Source: Candidatus Magasanikiibacteriota bacterium
Lineage (GTDB): Bacteria; Patescibacteriota; Patescibacteriia; Magasanikbacterales; GWA2-37-8
Length of the DNA stretch: 64,000 bases
NCBI GenBank assembly: GCA_016182085.1
Contig: JACOYB010000004.1
Coordinates: 211,923-275,922, forward strand
Reading direction: 5' to 3'
The first letter of the stretch is position 1. Every line of letters begins with the position of its first letter. This document shows, in pieces, positions 49,301 to 58,209 of the stretch. The notes below the pieces were generated by a model. It saw only the letters and a program-made list of their open reading frames with translations. It did no database searches and was not told where the DNA came from. Made by a program: the position numbers and the translations under genes.

Positions 49301-50960
49301 TAAATATCAAGGAGCTTTATGGAATGTGCTTGAAGAACCGGATGGCCAACCTATCCAAGGAGCTCAACGATTATTTGGTGAAGCCATCAGTTTATCACCC
49401 GGACAGTATGTTTGGTCTGATGGGCGTGATAGGAACGCATGGTATATGCGTCATGATGATGGTCAAGGTGACGGGAACGACGACTATCAATTTATTGGCC
49501 CAAGTTCTGAGGTAATGGGGCAGTATGCTGATCTGCTAAGATCGGATTGTGCCGGTCCGATAGATGTACCGCAAAATTGTTGGACAAACAATACCGGTCC
49601 TAATTGCAGGGATCGTTATCAACGTGATTGTATAGTCGGTGGTGCCGACAATAGTGACGACGGCTGTTCTGTAAAAGTCGTATTTGATCCGAATGGTCGT
49701 TTAAATAGAATAAATTTAGTTTGTTTAACCGGTGATTCCCGACATGAAGAAGGTAGAAACTTCAACTTCTATGTTGGTTTGCGCGAACCTTGCGCCAACA
49801 TTGCTCAAACCGAAACAAATTCGTATACATCCGTTGGTTGGACAGACAGGTTGTGGCGTCAAAGTACATTTGCAATCCCAACATTAAATTATCGTAATTC
49901 ACTTATCAGTTCTCCGTATGGTAGTTTGGCTATGCCAAGTTCACTTGTGTCGGATAAACTGATTAATATATTTACCCACTATAATGCTGACACATTTGAT
50001 CCGCCGCCAGCCATAGCCGGCGCTCCATATTCTTGCGCAGGCACTTGTTTGCAAACTAACCCAACCGCGCAGGAAGGTTTGTCTGGCACGGCCAGCCAAA
50101 GAACCTCGGCGCAAGGACGGGATAGCCTGGCACAAATTTTTGCCAAAATTGATAATGTTTGGAATTGGGGCTTTAGTACTGCCAATTCAGCCTGGTCGTA
50201 TCAAGCAAATACAAGTCTTCCATATAACTTTACTGAAACTTTAACTTCAGCCGTAAATACGCCGCAAGTGCATACCTTGGGAGCCTGCAGACCCGGAGGA
50301 AAATGTTTGGAAGGTAATGTTGCCGGTATAAGTATAAACGATAGAGCCAGCGGTGATCTTGTGTTTAATAGCAATGTTGGTGTTGTTAATGCCAAATTCT
50401 TTGGCTTCGCCAACAAAGATCAAATGCCAATCAGAAAAATTAAATTGGATTGGGGAGACGGCAATGTTGTTTCTCTAGACGGTTATTTCCGTAATCAGCG
50501 CGGTACGGTAAATGGAACTTGTGGAACAGGAGGCAAATGTTTGGTCGGTTCTACCGATACCGGTAAATCATGTACATCAAATAGTGATTGTACAAACATA
50601 GATAATTGTTTTGCCGAAAGCCAAGCGCCAAACTTTGGACAAATAGTCGGCAAGACTTGCGACTCTGCCTATTTCCGATTTGATCATGTCTATCAGTGTT
50701 CTCGCGAAAGCAGTAATTGGACAAATAGTTGTCCAAACGCGCAAGCCCAGAGTTTGTATGGCGGTTGTTGTGTCTTCCAGCCAAAAGTTCAGCTCAAGGA
50801 TAATTGGGGATGGTGCAATGGGGTTTGTGGGGATGCGGGAAGTCCAGGTGGAACAGGTTGTTACGATGCAAATGTAGGCACAGGAATAAAGGAATGTGAA
50901 ACTTTGCCATCTGCATATACACCTTCTTCTGCCAGAGTAATTGTTGCACCTGCTGATTAA
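43356..50960 (+). CDS. giant (about 2535 aa) secreted Cys/Asn/Gly/Thr-rich surface protein
   Basis: Single uninterrupted ORF. The track starts at TTG 43338; ATG 43356 gives signal peptide MTKFQKFGIKFLLAVFTFITIGGSLFYARPAQA. Roughly 150 or more cysteines, many as CxxC and C-x(n)-C pairs. No catalytic motifs recognised. Confidence 0.8.
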   Translation: MTKFQKFGIKFLLAVFTFITIGGSLFYARPAQAFPVEITWDPGYVWSVYKSFIKDAAVSISIQTFSYFLRRVAYDSAVWLASGGKGQASFAYGKNFGDYLKDVGDSAAGVAIEALGEDFGFNLCKIPDPKIDLAMRIGLTHKFMDLKPDLNTGPGVREPTCTWSTFQNDVLSVDNWQSQFGSSDSIARKFNVAFSVEQTDIGILRGATDKINQYVAKKIEAETLQRQEGDGYLPKTTLISGDILTPGKNISEEAQAQNPNKQTESAQAGFLSTLGTGAVGTIASAGSIFFNTLASQMLKNWQNKGMLPFGIGCVAGVGTECKDLQDTLSDLQGQVSRGGRQAAQALFNDLLTPPNIAVDQYNVLVNFTNCPTSPGPDNCVADAGLAQAAQEANSGRTVTIAEALEKNWLHSEWRLVSPDRVADNVDPSCHQRAYCYANIAKLRKARILPLGFEIAALNSNPDQPWTLKQVVDGFNDCNFIRDVNGNVVGVENDPVNKPFCRLIDPNWVLKAPPSKCNFLAYGTSPYFSGTPNRIQECVNMSTCVAYDKDGNCATQGYCTREKNVWKIDAAKCDSQNRTCRTFQDSTGKTVSYLYRTLDTGFCNQDTVGCAEYSLKQNTAGNWIGYAENDLGSLGENSSVYFNNKVSTNCSSNSDGCSSFQVANSSEKLYLKKAPYYSQCYDTDQTTAVIDWPRTASDLNRLPNKPACNNYSQACIESEVNCNWYAPSSYTGDAIPGKFTPASVNEGQIVWNDQCDARCVGYAAYREMPSNYSNGQPVSYVIPSSGNSCSAADEGCASFTNLGTTEGGLEKVEHYSYLRPCILPDTTKQKTFYTYEGSAVGGFQLKSFILEKDTDGSPKYFYRTADDLATYAATCSQNLYQQGLASPDCRQFNDDQGAVYYKLLSKTIAVASNCTPFRLNDTELHDVALNEVNCLAQRGKWDAAAGSCQVCFQNGEYRDGECFYYGLPGNTPNTAGTSKPCAAAANTCRAYKGNTGNNVRNIFTNNFEQSVASDALAGWGPSSDIAQSLESTRSGEHSLSYNGTGAVYKDIVLTPGESYDLTFWAKGAVGETVTVTLENNQVSNLGTISVGDAWQNYHLGPVELTGNVSSTKLQFAVNGRLFLDNVHLKEVTDFIYLVKNSLSVDPVCDSNLNDNLPGEALGCSQYQTPDNRPIYLTGFTSLCREKAIGCTAVYDTRNTPDEVGPRAYNVWLSGPEGQSTSRNIVGTEYRCQVALGQKGCYVHVTGANLSSIVAGGGAIVTSTIYVQPDSPTTTPLYLVASREATCSPVDLGCTKAGKLVQTPTGPTYTEVTVKKDPSSFNTTLCQQEAVGCNAYSSSDGALYFKDPQYLGQKVCAYRDNVTKNGVRYNGWFWKGVGKCGAGNASDPFCTKDSDCASGVTCNQKDEQPCYPNYLQSGNNYGLWSYGVSSSYNNFVGECPATQNGCTEFIDRNENNKTYYLINDDRLKTQQTECNGQISEKNGCILLDRTDSPNKLWNTAASYAVSAGQNNNLVAPVAGTGTVTNDANVILKVSRDRECGEWLQCRSSHRVFDTQSGSYKEVCDAIGRCNKSSDSYSNADFINCSNWLDNNHELSNQILTDDAYRNRNTTWKGQDFSGYSILNTFPIEELSEVNVGNATAADWRLAKTLACGGGPNCRSATDPNSPSCGLTSVGLPCGRNNAGVCLGSVNPVCVQDLDSPVVGVPRQSIAPSCRAYPEETSPFPNSQAISDSLAFNSVNTCNETSGFSTDPGKYNSCECNYTKVTYGDAVTKYWNFKNPNNEGILDTNNQNIQGVVSGICVGGDSADRACDSDSDCTGGSCQKLKKQSRLIGWQGYCIEYDYSRPLNAEQNSFACLTWFPKDNITGAFDINNQHVEAGFQATETNGKYYCLEAKGYQETNSNPAVNGSGALTYNRFLGGGNISKPGSSDDPADPDRAKRVVVADPAKPIYRDEIDYILVSPVGGGGSWFPNTSQSFYIRNGLITKYQGALWNVLEEPDGQPIQGAQRLFGEAISLSPGQYVWSDGRDRNAWYMRHDDGQGDGNDDYQFIGPSSEVMGQYADLLRSDCAGPIDVPQNCWTNNTGPNCRDRYQRDCIVGGADNSDDGCSVKVVFDPNGRLNRINLVCLTGDSRHEEGRNFNFYVGLREPCANIAQTETNSYTSVGWTDRLWRQSTFAIPTLNYRNSLISSPYGSLAMPSSLVSDKLINIFTHYNADTFDPPPAIAGAPYSCAGTCLQTNPTAQEGLSGTASQRTSAQGRDSLAQIFAKIDNVWNWGFSTANSAWSYQANTSLPYNFTETLTSAVNTPQVHTLGACRPGGKCLEGNVAGISINDRASGDLVFNSNVGVVNAKFFGFANKDQMPIRKIKLDWGDGNVVSLDGYFRNQRGTVNGTCGTGGKCLVGSTDTGKSCTSNSDCTNIDNCFAESQAPNFGQIVGKTCDSAYFRFDHVYQCSRESSNWTNSCPNAQAQSLYGGCCVFQPKVQLKDNWGWCNGVCGDAGSPGGTGCYDANVGTGIKECETLPSAYTPSSARVIVAPAD

Positions 50961-51039
50961 TCAACTCATTTTAAATAGCGGAAATAAAAAATCACTGACT
51001 AGTTCAGTGATTTTTTATTCTACTTAAAAGACGAAATTT

Positions 51040-51080
51040 TTCTTCTGTTAAGCTGATGGTTGACCGCCTGCGCTTGCCGT
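51040..51080. terminator. GC-rich hairpin GTTGACCGCCT...AGGCGGTCAAC
   Basis: Perfect 11-bp stem immediately 3' of the minus-strand lipoprotein gene. Confidence 0.5.
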
Positions 51081-51101
51081 TGGCGAGCGAGAGGCGGTCA
51101 A

Positions 51102-51551
51102 CTAGTTTGATGGTGGTGAGAAGTTGCCGCGCAACTGCTCCGTATTGAGCCTGATGTGGACGATAGTGCCGTTGGTCAAGTCGATGTTCAGCGTGCCCTG
51201 GCCTTCCTGCAGAGGAAGATTGAACACGAAGCCGCCGTCTGAACCGTTCAGCAGGTTGCAGTCGAGCTGGCAGCTATCCGTCTGGTTGGGCGGCATGTCG
51301 GCCACTCGGCAGTCGAACTGAACCGGTGCGCTGACCGAGATCGTAATGCCAGACAGCTGGATGGCCTGCGCGCAGATCTCGGTTGGCATCGAGCCATCGG
51401 TCTGCACCATGTTGCCGGCGTCCACCATGACATCGTCGTCGCCATCGTCGGGCGGGCTGCCGCAGGCCGTGGCGCCGATGCCGACTGCCAGGAACAGAAT
51501 CGACGTGATGACGTTGAACCAGAACAGGGTCAGTTTGCTTTCCGGGTGCAT
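51102..51551 (-). CDS. GC-rich lipoprotein of unknown function
   Basis: Signal peptide with lipobox (LAVGIGATAC). RBS GAGGAG. About 58 % GC, versus roughly 35 % in the flanking DNA. Confidence 0.55.
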   Translation of the reverse strand: MHPESKLTLFWFNVITSILFLAVGIGATACGSPPDDGDDDVMVDAGNMVQTDGSMPTEICAQAIQLSGITISVSAPVQFDCRVADMPPNQTDSCQLDCNLLNGSDGGFVFNLPLQEGQGTLNIDLTNGTIVHIRLNTEQLRGNFSPPSN

Positions 51552-52125
51552 GATACGCTCCTCTGTCGCTTATAGGCGACTCAGTGAGAATTGTGTCGCC
51601 TTAAGCGACGTTGGTAAAGCGGTGAGTTACCTAGGTCATTAACTGCCTCGTTTTTACGGAGCAATTAGCGACCTCGGTAATTTCGCTTTACTTACTATTT
51701 TCCACCATCAATTTATTGGCTAAATTTGGAGTTTCCTCTAAACTTAGCACTTTTGTAAAGAGCGGGTTATCTTGCGATAACGACAAATTATAGCATATTT
51801 TGGGGATTTTGTCAACCCCGCTTAGCGGGGTCAACCCTATATATACTATATGGCACATTACCATTCTTCGTTAGATAATACCAATTTTTATCAAACAAAG
51901 AATAGGCACTTGCTATGTATGCGCCTACCGGAAAAATCATTCGTTTCTTATTTCTTAAATCATTATACACCCGATTGCCGCTATTGTTACATAGGGACTT
52001 ATGCACAGGTCTTCAGGGTTCGAAAAAGTAAATTATTTTTATCCACAAGTGATTTTTTTGACCATGTTTTTAATTGTTGACTGAGCCAAAATATGATACA
52101 ATTACTTTACCATAATTGATACAGA

Positions 52126-55100
52126 ATGCTTGCGAGACTTAAAAATAGTTTACTTTTAATTTTCAGTAGAAGCTGGAATTTTTTGCGTCCTCGTCAGAAG
52201 CTTGGGTTAGTCAGTTTTGTAATTATTTCAAGTTTAATTATAGCTGTTTGGTTTATATTTACTCCCGTATCTTACGCGCAGAGTTTGGCTGGGGCGGGTG
52301 AGTGGCTTCTGGAATTATTTTCTGATCTTCTTTTTGCGCTTGCCGGTCTTTTTATTAAGCTAACTTTTTTCTCTCTAAAATTTATTATAGAAGTAGCCGG
52401 CTACAATGGCTTTATAGATTCTCCGGCGGTTATTGTTGGCTGGGTAATGGTGCGCGACATTACCAATATGTTTTTTGTGGTGGTTTTGCTCATTATATCA
52501 TTCGGCACGATTTTGGGCTTAGAACAATATGAATATAAAAAATTATTGGTCAAGCTTCTCATGGCTGCAGTTATCGTAAATTTTAGCCGCCTTATCTGCG
52601 GACTAATTATAGATATTGCCCAAGTGGTGATGGTAACATTTGTAAACGGGATTGCCGCCACGGCCAGCGGCAATTTGGTAAACATGTTTCAGGTGGATCA
52701 GATATTTAAATTGGCAGAAGGGCAAACAACCAAGGTTGGTTCTACCTTTGAAATTTTTTTGGCAGCTGTAGCCGCGATTGTGTTTGCTACCATGATGCTT
52801 GTTACCATGCTAACTTTTTTGGTTTTACTCTTGGCGCGCATGGCCATGCTTTGGGTGCTCATCGTTTTATCTCCGTTTGCCTTTGTGTTAAATGTTTTGC
52901 CGCAGACAGAAAAATACGCCAGTCAGTGGTGGGAGCAGTTTGGAGGTCATGTCGTAGCTGGCCCCATTATCGCTTTTTTTCTTTGGTTGTCATTTGTAAC
53001 CGTCGGCGCGGGCACGGCTTTTGATGAAATTAAAAAACATAATGCTTTGCCGCAAAGTCAAACTGCCGCCTCGCCGGAAGAAGAGCAAACCGGTATTACT
53101 CAAATCATGAGTTGGGCAAAGATGGCCAATTTTGCGATTGCAATTGCGATGCTGCTTGCCGGCGCGAAAATGGCCCAACAGCTTGGTGTGGTTGGCGGAG
53201 GTTTGATGGGCAAGGCCGGAGATTTGGGAAAGAAAGTAGCGATGTATGCCTCCGGTTTACAGGCTGCCAGATGGACTGCGAGTAATGTGTTAAAGCCAGC
53301 AGCTAAGTATGGTTTAATGAAAATGCCGCTTGGCGGTGAATTTTGGCAGAGAAGGGGCAGGTCTATTAAAGCCTGGGCTTCTTATAAGACTACTAAAAAA
53401 GGCTGGCTTGGGCTGCCTTCCACAGAATCTAGACTAATAGCGGCTGGAGAAAGGATAGACAAGGCTTATGGCAAAGAAACTCAAGATATAGGTAAGCAAT
53501 CACAAGAAGTCCAGGATTTAGTAGCTGCTCGCGATGCGGCTTTGCAGAGTGAAGATTATCATAAAGCCGATGAGCTTGGTAAGAAACTCAAAAAGGCAGG
53601 TTTTGATGTTGGTGAAGCAGAAGAAGGGCCAAGAGAAGGGCTGACAGAGTTAAAAAAAGCTTATGGCGGTGGTACAAGAGCGTGGGCCCGTATTGGTTTG
53701 GCCCTGTGGACAACCAGCGAGTTTGATAAAGAATATACCAACGATAAAGAAGCGAGGGCAAAATATGCCAAAGAACAAATGGAGCATATTGTTAGTACCA
53801 GTAAAACTCCTATCGGTAAAGAAAAAACCGAGGCCGAACAAGATCTAGAAAGAGCCAAAGAAACAGGAGGTAGAATTAAAAAAAGAAAATTGGCAGACGT
53901 AGCAGAAAAAAGAAGCAAAATAGATAAAAAAATAGAAGCAGATCTAGCGGCAGGAAAGTCAGTAGAAGACGTAAAAAATAAATATGGTGAAAGGCGGTAT
54001 TGGGATTATACTCGTTTGAAAAACGCGGATAAATCGGCAGTACAGGCAGAGGAAATTACACATGCGATGGCGGAAGATGAAAAGCTTAGAGCGGCTGAAG
54101 CTAGACACGCTGAACGCGGGAGTGTCAAGGGCCATCTAAGAGAAGAAGAGGCGCATACAGCCAAGGCTAAATCAAAGCAGATCGAAGAAGGATTACAAGC
54201 TGAAAAAGAACTGGAAGAATTAAAAGAGATAAAGAAATTATTGGAAGGAAAAGGCGCCTCGCAGCAGGCAGTTATTAATTTTACCAAAGCGCAAACCGCC
54301 AATATAAAAGAAGATTTTGATATTTCTAAAGAAGAGGCGGAAGTAGAACAGCGCGCCGAATCATTTAGACAAATGGGAGATGATTTAAGAGCCAATCAGG
54401 TGCTGGCAGAAATGCAGTCAAAGGCCGCTAAAAGAGAAGGTGACCGCGTGTCGGCAATGAGTTGGGAAGATAAGACCTTTGCCTTGCAAGCCTTGCCGGT
54501 AAAAATACAGCAATTAGAACAAGATATTGCGGCGGCTTATGTTGGGGGAAATGCAGAAGAAGCAACTCGTTTAAAGGAAATAAAAAATAAAACAGTTAAG
54601 CGAACAATGGCTTTGCAGACATCTCTTAAATCAGAAGGTAAAGAAGCGGCAGAATTGGCTGATAGTGGAGCGTTAAAAGCAATCGGTTGGAACGAAGTTA
54701 TTGATGATGCTAATCGTATTAGAGCGGAGCTAAGTAAAATTTTAGGCAAAGTAGTAGCAGTCGGAGACGAGGCAGCGGCAGCTGAGGATGTCTATAGAGC
54801 ATTTGGCGGTATAGAAAAAGCTCAAGGGGCTATGACATTGTATAGTAATGCCAATAAAACAGCGGGCTTAAAGGGCGCTGGCTCACTCTTTGGTTTGGTT
54901 GGGGATAGAAGAAATGCCTCGGGACAACTAGAAAGATTTTTTGGACAATATGATCAAGCCACAAATACTGTTAATGCTGGACGGGTAAAAGTTGGAGATG
55001 GTTTTTATCCTACAAAAATAGCAGAGGTAGATCATAGAAAATGGATAACTGCTAATGGATATGGAAAAATAAATGTAGACAATAAAATTGTAGGGTTTGA

Positions 55101-55359
55101 TAGTCAGAGAGCGGAACAGTTGGCGGAAGTTTTTAATGGTAAAAATGACTTATTTATATCACAGATGCAGAATGGGTTTTTTGATTCTTTAAATTCAGCT
55201 ATTATTGACAGAAATAATCCGGCAAATGTTGCTGAATATACAAATTTATTAAATAAGATTAAGGCAGTATTAAAAGACCCTCAGGCTCAGGCTAGGTTTT
55301 TACAGAGGTCTGAAGGGCTGTTAACAAATCTGGGATTACCAGCAGGACAATGGCCTTAA
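52126..55359 (+). CDS. VirB6/TrbL-like polytopic membrane protein with long coiled-coil C-terminal extension
   Basis: Seven or more TM segments in the first 350 aa. The remaining roughly 700 aa are charged and coiled-coil. The gene lies in a T4SS-like neighbourhood. Confidence 0.45.
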   Translation: MLARLKNSLLLIFSRSWNFLRPRQKLGLVSFVIISSLIIAVWFIFTPVSYAQSLAGAGEWLLELFSDLLFALAGLFIKLTFFSLKFIIEVAGYNGFIDSPAVIVGWVMVRDITNMFFVVVLLIISFGTILGLEQYEYKKLLVKLLMAAVIVNFSRLICGLIIDIAQVVMVTFVNGIAATASGNLVNMFQVDQIFKLAEGQTTKVGSTFEIFLAAVAAIVFATMMLVTMLTFLVLLLARMAMLWVLIVLSPFAFVLNVLPQTEKYASQWWEQFGGHVVAGPIIAFFLWLSFVTVGAGTAFDEIKKHNALPQSQTAASPEEEQTGITQIMSWAKMANFAIAIAMLLAGAKMAQQLGVVGGGLMGKAGDLGKKVAMYASGLQAARWTASNVLKPAAKYGLMKMPLGGEFWQRRGRSIKAWASYKTTKKGWLGLPSTESRLIAAGERIDKAYGKETQDIGKQSQEVQDLVAARDAALQSEDYHKADELGKKLKKAGFDVGEAEEGPREGLTELKKAYGGGTRAWARIGLALWTTSEFDKEYTNDKEARAKYAKEQMEHIVSTSKTPIGKEKTEAEQDLERAKETGGRIKKRKLADVAEKRSKIDKKIEADLAAGKSVEDVKNKYGERRYWDYTRLKNADKSAVQAEEITHAMAEDEKLRAAEARHAERGSVKGHLREEEAHTAKAKSKQIEEGLQAEKELEELKEIKKLLEGKGASQQAVINFTKAQTANIKEDFDISKEEAEVEQRAESFRQMGDDLRANQVLAEMQSKAAKREGDRVSAMSWEDKTFALQALPVKIQQLEQDIAAAYVGGNAEEATRLKEIKNKTVKRTMALQTSLKSEGKEAAELADSGALKAIGWNEVIDDANRIRAELSKILGKVVAVGDEAAAAEDVYRAFGGIEKAQGAMTLYSNANKTAGLKGAGSLFGLVGDRRNASGQLERFFGQYDQATNTVNAGRVKVGDGFYPTKIAEVDHRKWITANGYGKINVDNKIVGFDSQRAEQLAEVFNGKNDLFISQMQNGFFDSLNSAIIDRNNPANVAEYTNLLNKIKAVLKDPQAQARFLQRSEGLLTNLGLPAGQWP

Positions 55360-55365
55360 AAAAAT

Positions 55366-56355
55366 ATGTTTTTTGATCAAAAAAATTTAACCGACGAAGA
55401 GATTAAGGTGAAAGAATTGGAATTTCAACGCCTGTCTTCGGATATAGGTGCGGCAACTAAATTGCGGCAAGAATTAAAAAATTATTTTTCCTTTGCATCC
55501 ACAGAAGAAAAAGAGGCTCTTAGGTGGACTTATTGGAGGTGGTACGTAGAGTTAACATGGAAGAATTTTAATTCCCTTTCTAAAGATGGGGTGGTAGACG
55601 CTTTTTCAAAACAGGTGCCAATGGCTATAGTAAATAGCTATAACATTCTTGACAGTCTGATGTGGTATCTAACCTTTCATCTTTACGAAGAGGCAGAAAT
55701 GCAAAGTTTTTATCTTAAAGTTAAACCTGCGTTTATTAATTCAGAAGCAGTTTTGGGAAAATGGCAAGGTAAAAGTATCCTTGTTAAGGAAATTGTATCA
55801 GAATATTATTTACTCCAGCAGCGCCGCGCTTCTTCCATGGAAGAAGCCGAATTTCTTACAAAATTAAAACAAATAATGTTTCCTAAAGAGTTCGAGTCCT
55901 ATATTTTGGTGGACAAGGATGTTGGAGTAGATAATTTTTTAGCGATAGTCGAATTATTCCAGGAGATTGACCAAGAAAAAATTTGGTTTTTGGTAGAAAT
56001 GTTTTCAGATCCAGAAAAATACCAAGAAAATAATTTTAAATCTAAAGAAAAAAAACAAACTGAAGAAAATAACGAAGAAAAAGAAGGTCTAATAAAAGAA
56101 GAAATCACAAATCAGGCAAAAAATGTCCAACCGCTGGTACAATTTCCCGCGAAAGAGGTTTCCAAAATACCGACCCCCCAGCAAATAAAATCCCAGATAG
56201 AACAAGAATTTAAAAAAGACGAAAAGGGCAATTTTGTCGATATCGACGGCGTCATGCAAAAACTGGCTGAATTATCGGAAAAATATAACGATTCGGCGAT
56301 TGCAGACATGTTGTATTTTGATGAGCAGTCGGGCGGTTTTAAGTGGAATATATAA
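55366..56355 (+). CDS. hypothetical protein in the T4SS-like cluster
   Basis: 329-aa ORF. Confidence 0.45.
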   Translation: MFFDQKNLTDEEIKVKELEFQRLSSDIGAATKLRQELKNYFSFASTEEKEALRWTYWRWYVELTWKNFNSLSKDGVVDAFSKQVPMAIVNSYNILDSLMWYLTFHLYEEAEMQSFYLKVKPAFINSEAVLGKWQGKSILVKEIVSEYYLLQQRRASSMEEAEFLTKLKQIMFPKEFESYILVDKDVGVDNFLAIVELFQEIDQEKIWFLVEMFSDPEKYQENNFKSKEKKQTEENNEEKEGLIKEEITNQAKNVQPLVQFPAKEVSKIPTPQQIKSQIEQEFKKDEKGNFVDIDGVMQKLAELSEKYNDSAIADMLYFDEQSGGFKWNI

Positions 56356-57578
56356 AAAATAGTATGGCCGAACCAATGATACAAATTAAAAAACCTGATG
56401 GAACTTTTACAAAAGTTCCGCTTAGTGAATTTAAAAAAATGCAGGCAAAACCTGCGCCAAGCCCTGTGGCTGCGCTTGCTCCTGCTCCGGTAGCAGAAGT
56501 AAAAGAGGTAAAAAAAGAAATGGAAGAAAAAGTTGAGCTGCCGCAAATTAAGCCGGAATCAGAAATTGAAAAACCAAAAGCCGAAACGCCTCATGCTCAT
56601 CGTGCTCATGTTGCTCATACGGTACTCAAACATCCGGTAGAAATTAAAAAACATACACCCGCGCATCACGCAACTCACGCTCATAAAAAATTAACTCGTG
56701 AAGATGCCAAATCTCCGTTGGAGGAAAAGATGCCGGTAAAAACTGATGCGCCTATGGTGAGCGCTAAACGTGAAAATCAAGTGGAAGAAGTAATAAGGAA
56801 AATTGGTTTTGGCGTGGCTCCGGATTTGCAAGGCAGATTGAAAAGTCTGATTCTGGCCAGGTTAAAAGATATAAAAAGCGAAGATGAGATACGAGATATT
56901 CTTTTGCGTCCGGTAAAAAATAGCGGCTTGGGATTATCCGAAGGACAGGTAGAAAAAATTATTAAATTGTGTCGAGAAGTATTGGGAGCTGATGCCGCAA
57001 AAGCTGCAAGTGATAATGCGCAGACGCCAATTTTGAAAGGCAAATCCGGCGGCATGGCGCTTATGGTTGAACCGCCTGAATTACCAATGGTGATACCCGT
57101 AAAAAGCAGCTTTTCTGTGAAAAATTCCACTCCGCCGGCACCGCTCAACAAATTCGCAACCGATACCATTGTTTCAAGGATAATAAAGGAAAACATGGCT
57201 GACGAGCCGATGTTTAAAATTAGCAATAAGCCCGCAGTCAGACAAGTAGTGCAAGATATTTCTGTTCCGGATATGGAAATGGGGCCGGTGGAAGAGTTTA
57301 AATCAATAACTATCACTGAATTTAGAAGATTATCCAGCAATCCGGAAGAAGCGGCCAAACGACTGTATCAAAAAATGTCCAATTTGCAAGAAGAATCATT
57401 CGTGTGGTATTTGGATGCGGTCGCGGCATATCATAACTCGCCGCTATATTTGGAATATATGTCGGCGGTAAGCCAGTCGCTGGCGGAAAGAAAATCACTG
57501 GCGAATGTACTTGCGGCAAAAAATGGTATAAAATTAAATGAGGTGATGGCAATTATTGAAATGGAAAAAACATTATAG
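56343..57578 (+). CDS. hypothetical His/Ala/Pro-rich protein in the T4SS-like cluster
   Basis: 411-aa ORF. Short overlap with the neighbouring ORFs suggests translational coupling. Confidence 0.45.
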   Translation: MEYIKNSMAEPMIQIKKPDGTFTKVPLSEFKKMQAKPAPSPVAALAPAPVAEVKEVKKEMEEKVELPQIKPESEIEKPKAETPHAHRAHVAHTVLKHPVEIKKHTPAHHATHAHKKLTREDAKSPLEEKMPVKTDAPMVSAKRENQVEEVIRKIGFGVAPDLQGRLKSLILARLKDIKSEDEIRDILLRPVKNSGLGLSEGQVEKIIKLCREVLGADAAKAASDNAQTPILKGKSGGMALMVEPPELPMVIPVKSSFSVKNSTPPAPLNKFATDTIVSRIIKENMADEPMFKISNKPAVRQVVQDISVPDMEMGPVEEFKSITITEFRRLSSNPEEAAKRLYQKMSNLQEESFVWYLDAVAAYHNSPLYLEYMSAVSQSLAERKSLANVLAAKNGIKLNEVMAIIEMEKTL

Positions 57579-58035
57579 CTGTCATCCTGACAATAAACGT
57601 ATGGATCAATTCGTAGTGCCACAATTTATAGAAGTAGAAGATAAGATTTTTGGCCCAATTACGACCAGGCAGTTTATTATTTTGCTTGTCACGGCCTTGA
57701 TTTTATTTATCACTTTCAAATTGGCGGATACGGTCCTATTTATTTTTTTGGCTGCAGTTATTGGCGGATCCTCACTGGTTATCGCGTTTGTAAAAATAAA
57801 CGGCCAGCCGTTTCATTATTTTTTACTAAATCTAGTTCAAACCGTTCGCCGCCCCAGTCGTAGGATTTGGTACAAAGATTTTACCAAGGCCGAACTGACG
57901 GAATCAATTAAATCGGGGAAAATAGAGGTTGTAGAAGCTGTAAAAGAAGTGCCAAAAATGTCATATAGCCGTATTCGCGATCTGTCATTAATTGTTAATA
58001 CGGGTGGGTACTATAGTGGAAGCGAGCGAGAATAA
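57556..58035 (+). CDS. PrgI / VirB3-like small membrane protein
   Basis: VPQFIEVEDKIFGPITTRQFIILLVTALILF resembles the PrgI-family N-terminus, followed by two TM helices. Confidence 0.5.
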   Translation: MKWKKHYSCHPDNKRMDQFVVPQFIEVEDKIFGPITTRQFIILLVTALILFITFKLADTVLFIFLAAVIGGSSLVIAFVKINGQPFHYFLLNLVQTVRRPSRRIWYKDFTKAELTESIKSGKIEVVEAVKEVPKMSYSRIRDLSLIVNTGGYYSGSERE

Positions 58036-58113
58036 TACATTATGTATAATGTATTATCGAGCGAACGACACTATATGCGGCCTTTAGGCCCATATAAGCC
58101 GGAGTAGCACACT

Positions 58114-58186
58114 GTCATTCCCGCCCGGGAGCGGGAATCCAGGCAATTCGACCGGATACTAGATTCCCGCTTGCGGCGGGAATGAC
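58114..58186. repeat. GTCATTCCCGC-family palindromic element, copy D
   Basis: GTCATTCCCGCCCGGGAGCGGGAATCCAG...CTAGATTCCCGCTTGCGGCGGGAATGAC. Confidence 0.8.
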
Positions 58187-58209
58187 AACAAAAACGTAAA
58201 ATAAAAAGT

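Noticed and set aside
43866-50416. Numerous 60-100-aa ORFs on both strands inside the giant gene
   Set aside because: All are embedded in the single 7.6-kb open frame, and none has an RBS or distinct composition.
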